A DNA stretch of 39,650 nt from an uncultured Candidatus Saccharibacteria bacterium. GTDB taxonomy: Bacteria; Patescibacteriota; Minisyncoccia; Minisyncoccales; Staskawiczbacteraceae. Of this stretch, positions 30,440-39,650 are shown in pieces. The DNA lies in the NCBI GenBank assembly GCA_964592355.1, contig CAZQBZ010000002.1, forward strand, positions 1 through 39,650. The letters run 5' to 3'. The notes below the pieces were generated by a model that ran no database searches, had not been told where the DNA came from, and saw nothing but the letters and a program-made list of their open reading frames with translations. How positions within the stretch are numbered: the first letter of the stretch is position 1; each line of letters begins with the position of its first letter. A program made the position numbers and the translations under genes.

Positions 30440-32431
30440 ATGGACAAGCAGGAAGCAAAAACCAGAATAGAAAAGTTGATAGCGGTGATTAACCATCACC
30501 GCTATCTTTATCATGTTTTGGACAGGCAGGAAATTTCCGATGCGGCTTTAGACTCTTTAAAAAAAGAGCTTTTTGATTTGGAACAACAATTCCCGGATTT
30601 GGCCTCAAAAGATTCTCCAACGCAGCGCGTCGGCGGCAAAGCGCTTAAAGAATTTAAAAAAGTCAGGCATTCTACGCGGATGACTTCTTTTAACGACGCG
30701 TTTTCATCAGAGGATATGCAAGACTGGCTTGAAAGAATTTCAAAACTGCTTACAGAAAAAGAGAAGCAAGAATTAAACTTCTATTGCGAGCTTAAAATTG
30801 ACGGCTTGGCCATTGAGCTGGTATATGAAAATGGATTTTTAAAAACTGGATCAACGCGCGGCGATGGAAATATTGGCGAAGATATTACAGAAAATTTAAA
30901 AACCGTTGAGGCAATCCCATTAAAAATTGAAGAATCTAAAAATATAATTGTTCGCGGGGAAGTGTTTATCACTAAAAAAGAATTTGAACGCATAAACAAA
31001 GAGCAAGAGAAAAAGGGTTTGCCGGTTTATGCAAACCCCCGCAACATTGCGGCAGGCTCCTTACGTCAGCTTGACCCAAAAGTTACGGCAAGCAGAAAGC
31101 TGGATTCTTTTGCTTATGAAATTGCAGAAGGGGCAGAAACGGAAACGCACGAGCAAAAACACGAAATTTTGCATGGCTTGGGGTTTAAAACCAACAAACA
31201 CAACAAATTTTGCAAAGACTTGGATGAGGTGATACATTTTCACGAGCACTGGATAAAAGCCCGACAGAAGTTGGATTATGAAATAGATGGCATTGTGGTG
31301 CTGGTAAATAATAATGAAATTTTTGACAAGCTTGGCATTGTGGGCAAATCTCCAAGAGGCGGAATTGCTTTTAAGTTTCCGCAACAGCAGGCAACCGCAA
31401 AAGTGTTGGATGTTAAATTGCAGGTGGGCAGGACAGGCGCAATCACGCCCGTGGCTGTTTTGGAGCCGGTGCAAGTATCGGGGATTACAATCAGCCGCGC
31501 CACTTTGCACAATGATGACGAAATAAAAAGACTGGGCCTTAAAATCGGCGACACGGTTGTTGTTGGCAGGGCGGGAGACGTGATACCGGAAATCAGCCAG
31601 GTGTTGCCCGATTTAAGAACAGGTAAAGAAAATCCTTTTAAAATGCCAACCCATTGCCCCAGTTGCAACACCAAGCTGGTAAAAGATGAAGGCGGCGCAC
31701 TATTAAGGTGTCCAAACAAAAACTGTTTTGCGCAAAAACGCAGAGGGTTTTATCATTTTGTTTCGAGAGCGGCATTTAATATAGACAAGCTCGGCCCAAA
31801 AATCATAGACAAGCTTTTGGACGAGGGCCTTGTGCAAACACCAGCCGATCTGTTTGATTTAAAAGAGGGAGATGTTGCCGTGTTGGAAAGATTTGCCCAA
31901 AAGTCGGCAAGCAATCTGATAAATTCAATACAATCTCATCGTAAAATTTCTTTGCCCAAATTTATTTTTGCTCTTGGGATTCGCAATGTGGGCGAGCAGA
32001 CAGCCATTGATTTGGCGGAGCATTTTGGCAGTGTGGAGAAGATAAGGTCTGCAAAGCTTGAAGATTTTGACGCAATTTCTGACATCGGGCCTGTTGTGTC
32101 AAAGTCTATTTTTGAGTGGTTTGGCGACAAAGACAATTTAAAATATTTGGAGAAGTTGGAGAATGCGGTGGAAATTAAAAACGAGCGCAAATCGGCCAGC
32201 CAAGGAAGGCTGTCGGGCAAAACATTTGTTCTGACGGGGACGCTCGAAAGCCTGGCGCGAGACGACGCCAAAGCTAAAATCCGCCAGCTGGGCGGCGATG
32301 TTTCTGAAAGCGTATCAAAGAAAACAGACTTTGTTATCGCGGGCCAGGAGGCAGGCTCAAAACTGCAAAAAGCCGAAAGCCTAGGCGTAAAAATTCTATC
32401 CGAAAAAGAATTTTTAAACTTAATAAAATAA
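30440..32431 (+). CDS. ligA: NAD-dependent DNA ligase LigA
   Basis: Adenylation motif CELKIDGLAIEL. OB fold. Zinc finger CPSC...CPNKNC. HhH region. C-terminal BRCT (GKTFVLTGTL...DFVIAGQEAGSKLQKA). Confidence 0.97.
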   Translation: MDKQEAKTRIEKLIAVINHHRYLYHVLDRQEISDAALDSLKKELFDLEQQFPDLASKDSPTQRVGGKALKEFKKVRHSTRMTSFNDAFSSEDMQDWLERISKLLTEKEKQELNFYCELKIDGLAIELVYENGFLKTGSTRGDGNIGEDITENLKTVEAIPLKIEESKNIIVRGEVFITKKEFERINKEQEKKGLPVYANPRNIAAGSLRQLDPKVTASRKLDSFAYEIAEGAETETHEQKHEILHGLGFKTNKHNKFCKDLDEVIHFHEHWIKARQKLDYEIDGIVVLVNNNEIFDKLGIVGKSPRGGIAFKFPQQQATAKVLDVKLQVGRTGAITPVAVLEPVQVSGITISRATLHNDDEIKRLGLKIGDTVVVGRAGDVIPEISQVLPDLRTGKENPFKMPTHCPSCNTKLVKDEGGALLRCPNKNCFAQKRRGFYHFVSRAAFNIDKLGPKIIDKLLDEGLVQTPADLFDLKEGDVAVLERFAQKSASNLINSIQSHRKISLPKFIFALGIRNVGEQTAIDLAEHFGSVEKIRSAKLEDFDAISDIGPVVSKSIFEWFGDKDNLKYLEKLENAVEIKNERKSASQGRLSGKTFVLTGTLESLARDDAKAKIRQLGGDVSESVSKKTDFVIAGQEAGSKLQKAESLGVKILSEKEFLNLIK

Positions 32432-32433
32432 CT

Positions 32434-33012
32434 ATGTCAGAAACTAACAAACACGAAAACCAAGAGTTTACTTTGGAAGCATCAGATTCTGTCGGAGCAG
32501 ACGGCACGGCGTCAGAGCAAGGCAATGAATTAATTTCACTTTATGACAGTGTTATTGGAACAGAAGATCCGAAAGAGAAAGCAAAGATTTATACAGAATG
32601 GGCAAAGACCAAACTGGAAAGGGATTTTGACATAAGCGATTTATCAAACATAGAACTCGTGCATTTGCGAAACACGGTTGAGCAACTTTTACCAAAAGTT
32701 GATCGGGAACGAAAAATGGTTTACGAGGGCAAAATGTCGGCCATGAATTTCGCCGAGATGGAAGAAGAGGCTTCCGCTCTTTGGCTGTATAATTTATATG
32801 GCATTCATCCCAAAGATATTCCGCATATTTTTTCAGTTAATGACGACACCACCGGCGAAGCGCAAACATTTGAAGAAACAATGGAGGATAAGGCCAAGGC
32901 GCTGGCGGAGGATTTGCAATCTCTGGGACACAAGGTGTATGTGAGCCAAAAAATTCCTCAAGATTTTAAAGACCACTTAAAACATATCAGGCATCAAGCC
33001 CATAAGCCATAA
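32434..33012 (+). CDS. Hypothetical acidic protein
   Basis: 192 aa. Starts 3 nt after ligA, and its stop overlaps the next start. No recognised motif. Confidence 0.55.
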   Translation: MSETNKHENQEFTLEASDSVGADGTASEQGNELISLYDSVIGTEDPKEKAKIYTEWAKTKLERDFDISDLSNIELVHLRNTVEQLLPKVDRERKMVYEGKMSAMNFAEMEEEASALWLYNLYGIHPKDIPHIFSVNDDTTGEAQTFEETMEDKAKALAEDLQSLGHKVYVSQKIPQDFKDHLKHIRHQAHKP

Positions 33013-34106
33013 TGGATTTTTTAAAAAACATATTGCAAAATCTAAACTGGAAAATTGTGTTATTGTCCACTATTTTGGTTTGTTTTGGCCTGTTGGGAAT
33101 TTTTAGTTCTGGATATGCCAAGGGCGACTTGGGCAATTTTTATAAGCAAATAGTATTTTTTTCGGTTGGTATTTTGCTTATGGTATTTTTCAGCCTTTTC
33201 GATTACAGGCTGGTAAAAAATAATTCTTATCTTATTTTAATTTTATACGGAGCGTGCGTGCTTTCCCTTTTGGGGTTGCACTTCTTTGCTCCGATTATAA
33301 AAGGGACGCGTGGATGGTATAGGATTGGCGGATTCAATTTTGACCCGATAGAGCCCACCAAAATCGTGCTTTTGTTTCTGCTTGCAAAATATTTTTCCGG
33401 CAGGCATGTGGAAATGTATAAATTCAGGCACATTATTTTGTCGGGATTTTATGTCTTTATGGCCGCCATTTTGATATTTATAAAACCGGACATGGGGGGA
33501 ACGATGGTGATAGTTTTGATGTGGTTGGGCGTTTTGCTGGTATCGGGAATTAAAACAAAACATTTGATAGTGATAATTTTATGTTTTTTGATTGTGGCAA
33601 CCCTGGGGTGGAATTTTGTGATGAAGCCATACCAAAAAGACAGGATTTTGTCATTTATGTTTCCGGAATTAGACCCATTGGGCAGTTCTTGGAGTCAAGA
33701 TCAGGCTAAAATTGCAATAGGCTCGGGCCAGATTTGGGGGCAGGGCCTGGCGCAGGGATCGCAAGTGCAATATGGGTTTTTGCCAGAATCTCATACAGAC
33801 TTTATTTTTTCGGTAATTGCCCAGGAATGGGGGATAGTCGGGGTGATGGCCTTGTTTCTTGTGTATGGGCTATTGGTGTGGGAAATCTTGAGTGTGGCCA
33901 CAAGGACAAGAGACAACTTTTCAAAACTTTTTGCGGCGGGGTTTGCGGTAATCTTAATCTCACAGTTTTTTATAAATATAGGAATGAACTTGTCTATGTT
34001 GCCGGTGGTGGGCATATATTTGCCGTTTATAAGCTATGGAGGCTCGGGTTTGATGTTTAATTTTATGGCCCTTGGAATTTTGCAAAGCATAGCCCATAAA
34101 AAATAA
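33012..34106 (+). CDS. SEDS-family peptidoglycan glycosyltransferase (FtsW/RodA/SpoVE)
   Basis: About 10 TM helices. Motifs GGFNFDPIEPTKI, QAKIAIGSGQIWGQGL, LPESHTDFIFSVIAQEWG, LPFISYGGS. Confidence 0.9.
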   Translation: MDFLKNILQNLNWKIVLLSTILVCFGLLGIFSSGYAKGDLGNFYKQIVFFSVGILLMVFFSLFDYRLVKNNSYLILILYGACVLSLLGLHFFAPIIKGTRGWYRIGGFNFDPIEPTKIVLLFLLAKYFSGRHVEMYKFRHIILSGFYVFMAAILIFIKPDMGGTMVIVLMWLGVLLVSGIKTKHLIVIILCFLIVATLGWNFVMKPYQKDRILSFMFPELDPLGSSWSQDQAKIAIGSGQIWGQGLAQGSQVQYGFLPESHTDFIFSVIAQEWGIVGVMALFLVYGLLVWEILSVATRTRDNFSKLFAAGFAVILISQFFINIGMNLSMLPVVGIYLPFISYGGSGLMFNFMALGILQSIAHKK

Positions 34107-34161
34107 TATAGAATTAGAATAGTTTTTTCGGGAATAAAATGTTAATATGAAAAAATAGGAT

Positions 34162-37100
34162 ATGTTTTTCATATTTAATAAAAAATCCAATAAATTAGAT
34201 ATAAAAAATCGAGATGGAGGAGTGATTTTTTATGCAAAAAAGATAGAAAGAAACAAAAAGGAAAAGTGGAGAAGAAGGCTTTTAGTTGAATTGGAAGCAG
34301 AAGAATATGCAAAAATAGATTTTAAATACTTTAAAAAAAATCAGCGAATTTTTTATAAAGCAAAACATTTTTTTCTGTGGGCGACAAGACTTTTGACGCC
34401 GGATTTTTTGATAGGGCACCCGAATCTTTTTGATAATCTAAAAATACTTTTTAGAGATTCTGAATTTAGGCCACTTAGAATGGCCATGGCAGGCTGGCTG
34501 ATTTTTTCGTTATTAGCCGGGTCTGCCGGATTTTATGCCTTTTTCAGCGCTCCAAAAGTTATGGCTTCTGAAAATTGGTATAATACATCTTGGCAATATA
34601 GAAGAGCTCTGACGATAGATCATACAAAGGTTGGGAATGGCACAGAAAACCAAATAAATTTCCCCGTGCTAGTGTCTTTATCTGGACTATCTAATATAAA
34701 CGTAAACGGAACGGATGTCAGATTTACCTCTTCGGATGGAACCACTGAATTACCTAGAGAGATTGAGAGATATTCTTCAGGAGAACTCGTTGCTTGGGTA
34801 AAAGTGCCAAATGTTTCTTATACAGAAGATACAGTTATTTATATATACTATGGAAACTCCTTGGCAACAGAGCCATCTGCAAGCTCCACGTATGGTAGTC
34901 AGAATGTTTGGGACTCTAATTTTAAGGCAGTTTACCATTTTAAAGAAACTGGGACCAACCCAACAGTTTATGACTCAACATCAAATGGAATAAATAGTTC
35001 GTCTCAAACCTGGACCCCCGGTTCAGGAAAAATTGACGGAGGGGCTAGTCTAAACGGTTCATCTCAATACATAACCTTACCAACCGCGACAGCCCTTAAT
35101 ATAACGGGAAATTTAACAATAGAGGCATATGTGAAGACATCAAGTTATACAGGAAATGCTCATATTGTTGGAGGGTATAATCCAAGTTCACCCAATAATG
35201 GCTATGCTATTTCTGTGACAGATACTAGTGGGTATCAAGGCAAGCTGGCATATTGGAATGGGTCTGCTTGGAGGTATGGCAGTACGGTTGTTTCTGATGG
35301 TAATTGGCATGATGTTGCTGTTACTCTTAATGGCACAACTTTGCAATTTTATTTAGATGGTTCACCTGATGGGGCTTCTCAGGCGGGGGCTGCACCTAAT
35401 TCTTATCTGGGCAGTAGGTATTTGGGAAATATAAGCAATAGGGGATATGTTAACGGAATTATAGATGAAATCAGGATATCTAATATGGCTCGTTCGGCTG
35501 GCTGGAGAAAGACTAGTTATAACAATCAAAACTCCCCGACAACTTTTCTTGCAGTTGGAAATGAAGAAAATTGTTTTCCATTAACTCCGATAAACTCTTC
35601 TCCTGTTAATTCTGCCGTGAATCAATTTACAGAAGTAACCCTTTCTGCTTCCGATTTCTCTTCGCCCGTTGGGTTAACACACTTTGCGTCTCAGTGGCAG
35701 ATAACCACAACCTCTGGAAATTATGGCACAGCTGTTTTTGATGCGGTTACAACCTCTCCGGACTTAACATCAAAATCAGTGTCTTTGACGCCAGGCACAA
35801 TATATTATTGGCACGTAAGATACCAAGATAGCAATGGTTATTGGTCTAATTATTCTTCGGAAACCTCGTTTAAGACCTCATATCTTCCAACAGTTCCAAT
35901 AAACAGTTCTCCTACCAACGGAGCGCTTAAACAAAATTTAACGCCAATTTTGTCGGCTTCAGATTTTTCTGATGCGGATTCTGGATCTTCACAATCCGCA
36001 TCGCAATGGCAAGTGAGGCTTGTTACAGACCCAACTTATTCTTTGCCAATTTATGACTCGGGAACAGACACTGTAAATTTAAATTCAATATCAATTCCAG
36101 AAGGAATATTGTCTGATAATACAACCTATATGTGGCGGGTTCGCTACAGGGATGACGTGTCTATGTGGAGCGAATATTCCACAGAAACAGTTTTTTCAAC
36201 AGGTGTCGTTCCCAGCGTAATCCTATCTGTCGGAGCCACAGAATATGCTTCTGGGGATATGGCCAAATTAACTGTTCAAGTTCAAAACGCTGATACAAGT
36301 CCGATAAATAATGCTACTTGCAAAATAAATATTTATGGCCCGTCAAATAATAAATTGGTTAGCGAAGGGGAAATGACATATTTGGCCGACTCAAACGGAC
36401 TTTATTATTATAATTATCAAACGCCATCTACCGACGGAGTTTATATTTATGACGTTACAGCAGTTTATGCGGGGCATACGGTTTATACCTCTCATACTTT
36501 TCATGTTTCTGGGGCTTTAAATACAATCGCTACCATAAATACAAATTTAAATACGGCAAGCACAAATATAAATAGTATTGGCGCTAAGGTTGACACAATA
36601 GACGGAAGCGTTGCTAATATAAATACAAACTTGAACACCGCAAATAACAAGCTTGATTCAATAAGCTCGACATTGACGGCCGCCAATTATCAGACAAAAG
36701 CGGGGATATTAAATAATCAAAGCGTTCTTCAAGTTGGCAAGACAATAAAAATAGAATATTCGGCCCATAGTGGTTTATCCGGCGACGGAATACCTCATAT
36801 TTATGTTTATGATCCAGATAATAATGCCTGTATGAATGGTGCGAATATGACAGAAATGGACAGTTCTGGAATTTATCACTACAACTTAACTATAAATGAA
36901 TCTGGGCCTTATGGTTGTTATGGCACCGGATATTTCACGATTGTAGTTTCTGAAAGCACATATAATACTCATGGCAATATGACTTTATATGTAGCTGAAA
37001 ACGACATTGAATCGATCGGTTCAAATGTTTCTAGTATTAAAACCACAGTTGAGAGTTCAAAAAATAATATAGATGCATTAATAGGCGCTTTTGTTGTAAC

Positions 37101-39159
37101 CCAGTCCTCTGTCAGCGATACAACCCCAACATCAACATCTTTTTCAACCTCGCTTACAAATTCAATCAATGATTTTTATAAAAATTCTGTTTTAACTTTT
37201 ACGTCAGGAAATTTGAATGGTCAAGTGAGGAGAATTTCTGGATATAACGCAACCACAAAAGAAATCACGTTGGATCCGTCATTGTCTATTCCTCCTTCTG
37301 ATGGGGATGTCTTTACCATCGTAAAGCAAAATGTTTATGTTGAAGAGCAGGCTTCAGATATTCAAAGCGATATAGATTTAGTTAAGAGCGATGTTTCTTA
37401 TATAAAAGACAAAGTTGATGTTATTAACTCAACATTGCAAACAGTTGATTCTAATTTAAGTTCGTTACAGGCGGTTGTAAACACAATAAGAACATCACAA
37501 CAGTCTCCTTATGGCGCAAAATTATCTGATATTCATCAGGTTGAATCTGGGGGAGAATATAGAGCAAAATTATCCTTGGTTAACTACGAAAGCAACCCAG
37601 TTGATGCAGCTTCTAATCCGATAATCACAATATATGACTCATCAAGGTCTATTATTGTTAATGGTGCGAATATGACGAAGATTTCTACTGGAATTTATGA
37701 ATATGTTTACGGATTATCAGATTCTGCTTCATCTGGAATATGGGAAGCGGTCGTGACAACTGCAGTAGGGCTATCTCAAAACCAACAGCTTAATGATTAT
37801 TTCAACGTCTCAGGATCTCCCGCTCAGGTTTTGATAAATTCTGTCTCCGGTTCTATCCCCGATATATCAGCTGATGTAAAAATAACAAATGAGGGTGCCG
37901 GAGATTATGAATATCATTATGAATGGTGCGTTGTTAGCAATCAATCTGAGAAGTGCGGTCTTGCAAGCAATGTTTATTATGCAACAGCCTCAAAGCTTAT
38001 ACAGATGGGTCAAGATTTTATTACAGATCTATCGGCGACGGTTTCAAGTCCGGGAACCTATTGGTTTAAATTAGTCGTTTATTATGGAACCCAATCATCG
38101 GGAGCTTCAAGGCAATTTAATTTATCGGGTGGCGGGTCTTCTTCTTCGGGCGTATCAGCTGGTGGAATGCCCTTGGTCGTCAACCAGGAAAATCTTGATA
38201 TAAACGGATTAGAAACACAGGTTGGGGACTTGCAAAAAACAATTAAAGATCAAACAAATCTAATTTCCAGAGTTCTAGAGGTCTTGGGTATTTTAAAACC
38301 AGGCATTCAGGAGTTGCTTTCGGTTGGCGGGACACAGACAGATAATGTTAAAGACCTACAAAACAAATTAGCTGACTTACAGGCAATCTCATCTTCTGTC
38401 AAAAAAATAGTTGAAAATAACAATGCTTCTCCCGTGGTTCAGACTTATATGAAATTTAATTCAGTTGTCATAAGTTTTTTAATCGTCAATCCTGCGCAAA
38501 TAGAACAAACGGTCAACTTTAAATCACTTCTTCCAACGGAGGTAAAGTTCTCTGATATATTAAAGCATGATGGCCTTAATATTGATTATGATACAAATAG
38601 TAATGCTTATTTTGTATACGGAAGTGTTGTTTTGGGACCAAAAGAAAGCATAACAAAATCCGTTGAAATAAATGATATATGGGTTTTTAGTCAAGAAGAT
38701 TTAGATTCAGTAAAGAACCAGGCTAATACCTTTTTAGTGGCGCTTAAAGATACACAATATTATTCTCAAGGAATTTTATTGCAAGCCGACATAGAAAAAA
38801 CAATTTCTAAAATAGAAGAATCTCAAAAACAGAGTTATATCTCTCCCCAGGATCATATTTTAGCCTATAGAAGCAATAAGTCATTAATTGAAGAAGTTGA
38901 TAAGGATTTAGATCAATTAAAGAGCTTGGTTGTTCAATCTGGGGCGTCTCAGGGACTTTTGGGGAAAATTGGCGGGATACAAACATTTGCGACCTGGGGA
39001 ATTATATTGGCAGTAGTTTTCAGTTTTGCTTTGATGTGTGCCATAGTTTTTTCTATGTGGAGATATCAAGTCGTGCTTGCTTCTCAAGTTATAAATAGCA
39101 ATAAGCGAGTTTTATCAGGCATGAAACCCAAGGCGAGAAGAAAAATATATGCCAAATAG
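34162..39159 (+). CDS. Giant membrane-anchored surface protein: Lys-rich cytoplasmic N-terminus, TM, DUF2341, LamG, two FN3-like repeats, alternating beta-sandwich and coiled-coil modules, C-terminal TM
   Basis: TM MAMAGWLIFSLLAGSAGFYAFF. DUF2341-like WQYRRALTIDH...DVRFTSSDGTTELPREIE...IYIYYGN. LamG-like KAVYHF...GIIDEIRISNMARS. Repeats ...SQWQ(I/V)...Y(Y/M)W(H/R)VRY(Q/R)D...WS(N/E)YS(S/T)ET.F(K/S)T. C-terminal TM WGIILAVVFSFALMCAIVFSMW. An internal ATG at 34480 is a possible alternative start. Confidence 0.8.
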   Translation: MFFIFNKKSNKLDIKNRDGGVIFYAKKIERNKKEKWRRRLLVELEAEEYAKIDFKYFKKNQRIFYKAKHFFLWATRLLTPDFLIGHPNLFDNLKILFRDSEFRPLRMAMAGWLIFSLLAGSAGFYAFFSAPKVMASENWYNTSWQYRRALTIDHTKVGNGTENQINFPVLVSLSGLSNINVNGTDVRFTSSDGTTELPREIERYSSGELVAWVKVPNVSYTEDTVIYIYYGNSLATEPSASSTYGSQNVWDSNFKAVYHFKETGTNPTVYDSTSNGINSSSQTWTPGSGKIDGGASLNGSSQYITLPTATALNITGNLTIEAYVKTSSYTGNAHIVGGYNPSSPNNGYAISVTDTSGYQGKLAYWNGSAWRYGSTVVSDGNWHDVAVTLNGTTLQFYLDGSPDGASQAGAAPNSYLGSRYLGNISNRGYVNGIIDEIRISNMARSAGWRKTSYNNQNSPTTFLAVGNEENCFPLTPINSSPVNSAVNQFTEVTLSASDFSSPVGLTHFASQWQITTTSGNYGTAVFDAVTTSPDLTSKSVSLTPGTIYYWHVRYQDSNGYWSNYSSETSFKTSYLPTVPINSSPTNGALKQNLTPILSASDFSDADSGSSQSASQWQVRLVTDPTYSLPIYDSGTDTVNLNSISIPEGILSDNTTYMWRVRYRDDVSMWSEYSTETVFSTGVVPSVILSVGATEYASGDMAKLTVQVQNADTSPINNATCKINIYGPSNNKLVSEGEMTYLADSNGLYYYNYQTPSTDGVYIYDVTAVYAGHTVYTSHTFHVSGALNTIATINTNLNTASTNINSIGAKVDTIDGSVANINTNLNTANNKLDSISSTLTAANYQTKAGILNNQSVLQVGKTIKIEYSAHSGLSGDGIPHIYVYDPDNNACMNGANMTEMDSSGIYHYNLTINESGPYGCYGTGYFTIVVSESTYNTHGNMTLYVAENDIESIGSNVSSIKTTVESSKNNIDALIGAFVVTQSSVSDTTPTSTSFSTSLTNSINDFYKNSVLTFTSGNLNGQVRRISGYNATTKEITLDPSLSIPPSDGDVFTIVKQNVYVEEQASDIQSDIDLVKSDVSYIKDKVDVINSTLQTVDSNLSSLQAVVNTIRTSQQSPYGAKLSDIHQVESGGEYRAKLSLVNYESNPVDAASNPIITIYDSSRSIIVNGANMTKISTGIYEYVYGLSDSASSGIWEAVVTTAVGLSQNQQLNDYFNVSGSPAQVLINSVSGSIPDISADVKITNEGAGDYEYHYEWCVVSNQSEKCGLASNVYYATASKLIQMGQDFITDLSATVSSPGTYWFKLVVYYGTQSSGASRQFNLSGGGSSSSGVSAGGMPLVVNQENLDINGLETQVGDLQKTIKDQTNLISRVLEVLGILKPGIQELLSVGGTQTDNVKDLQNKLADLQAISSSVKKIVENNNASPVVQTYMKFNSVVISFLIVNPAQIEQTVNFKSLLPTEVKFSDILKHDGLNIDYDTNSNAYFVYGSVVLGPKESITKSVEINDIWVFSQEDLDSVKNQANTFLVALKDTQYYSQGILLQADIEKTISKIEESQKQSYISPQDHILAYRSNKSLIEEVDKDLDQLKSLVVQSGASQGLLGKIGGIQTFATWGIILAVVFSFALMCAIVFSMWRYQVVLASQVINSNKRVLSGMKPKARRKIYAK

Positions 39160-39592
39160 TTCCATATTAAAAAAGCTTAACTGGGCTGGGTATTTTGTTT
39201 TATTGATTCCCATGGGTCTTATTTTGCCTATGATTCTTATCCCGATGGTCCAGTTATTTTCTATACAATCAGAAATTATAGAAGAGGTTGCAAAGGCGCT
39301 AATTATTTTATTTTTAGTAACAAGAATTAAGGGTAAAATAGAATATTTAGGGGCATTAATTTTTGGATTAACGTTTGGTGTCTCGGAAAATTTCCTTTAT
39401 CTGAGTAATTTTATACAAAATGGGGGGGTAAATCTTTTTTGGGAAAGATTTTTATTCACTGTTCCAATGCATGTAATAACCTCAATTTTAATATTATTTT
39501 TTATTAGAATTAACAGGAATGCCATTATTTTGGGTATACTTTTATCAATAGTATTACATTTATTATTTAATACGTATGTTAAGCCTATTTAA
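39149..39592 (+). CDS. PrsW-like intramembrane protease (polytopic membrane protein)
   Basis: Motifs EEVAK, GLTFGVSENFLYL and PMHVITS fit the PrsW pattern EExxK / FGxxENxxY / H. Overlaps the giant gene by 11 nt. Confidence 0.5.
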   Translation: MPNSSILKKLNWAGYFVLLIPMGLILPMILIPMVQLFSIQSEIIEEVAKALIILFLVTRIKGKIEYLGALIFGLTFGVSENFLYLSNFIQNGGVNLFWERFLFTVPMHVITSILILFFIRINRNAIILGILLSIVLHLLFNTYVKPI

Positions 39593-39595
39593 TCT

Positions 39596-39650
39596 ATTGA
39601 CATTTTGACTGATAATAAAATGTCAACGACTAAAGCCATTGACATTTTGA
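39596..39650. promoter_or_regulatory. Repeated ATTGACATTTTGA motif: two direct copies and one inverted copy
   Basis: ATTGACATTTTGA at 39596-39608 and 39638-39650. AAAATGTCAA (39617-39626) is the inverse of TTGACATTTT. Truncated by the window end. Confidence 0.35.

Noticed and set aside
1-39650. Alternative genetic code (UGA recoding, as in some candidate phyla)
   Set aside because: TGA terminates well-defined genes. For example, the sigma factor ends at 1538-1540 at the expected length. All recognised proteins are full length under the standard code.
1-39650. tRNA, rRNA or other classical structured RNA genes in the intergenic regions
   Set aside because: Intergenic regions are short. The only strongly structured segments are simple palindromes or terminators, and I saw no cloverleaf-compatible arrangement or rRNA-like conserved stretch. 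A covariance-model scan would be needed to be certain.

Overview
The window is AT-rich with tightly packed, mostly plus-strand genes in the standard genetic code (TGA works as a stop). Gene content suggests a small-genome, probably monoderm bacterium, possibly Patescibacteria/CPR-like; that assignment is inference. About half the window is one large type IV pilus (T4P) locus. It runs pilM, a pilN-like fusion, pilO, a small anchored protein, pilB, pilT, pilC and two pilin genes. Next comes a translationally coupled block: an STT3/AglB/PglB-type oligosaccharyltransferase, a GT2 glycosyltransferase, the prepilin peptidase pilD, four minor-pilin-like genes and a 1929-aa repeat-rich surface protein ending in DUF2341 and LamG domains. 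I saw no secretin. Downstream lie two convergent, mosaic paralogs encoding Cys-rich secreted proteins (an 0.8-kb inverted duplication). After them come ligA, a SEDS (FtsW/RodA) gene, a second giant (1665 aa) DUF2341-LamG protein with transmembrane (TM) anchors at both ends, and a PrsW-like membrane protease. The 5' end carries an ECF sigma/anti-sigma pair, a SIMPL protein, an XRE regulator with a partner membrane protein, a small protein with beta-carbonic-anhydrase-like motifs, and comF. GC-rich palindromic elements interrupt several intergenic regions, and one sits in frame inside pilD. I recognised no rRNA, tRNA, CRISPR array, transposase or integrase. The most interesting candidates are the N-glycosylation module embedded in the pilus operon, the mosaic inverted paralog pair, and the two LamG giant proteins. 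All homology calls come from motif recognition by eye, not from searches.
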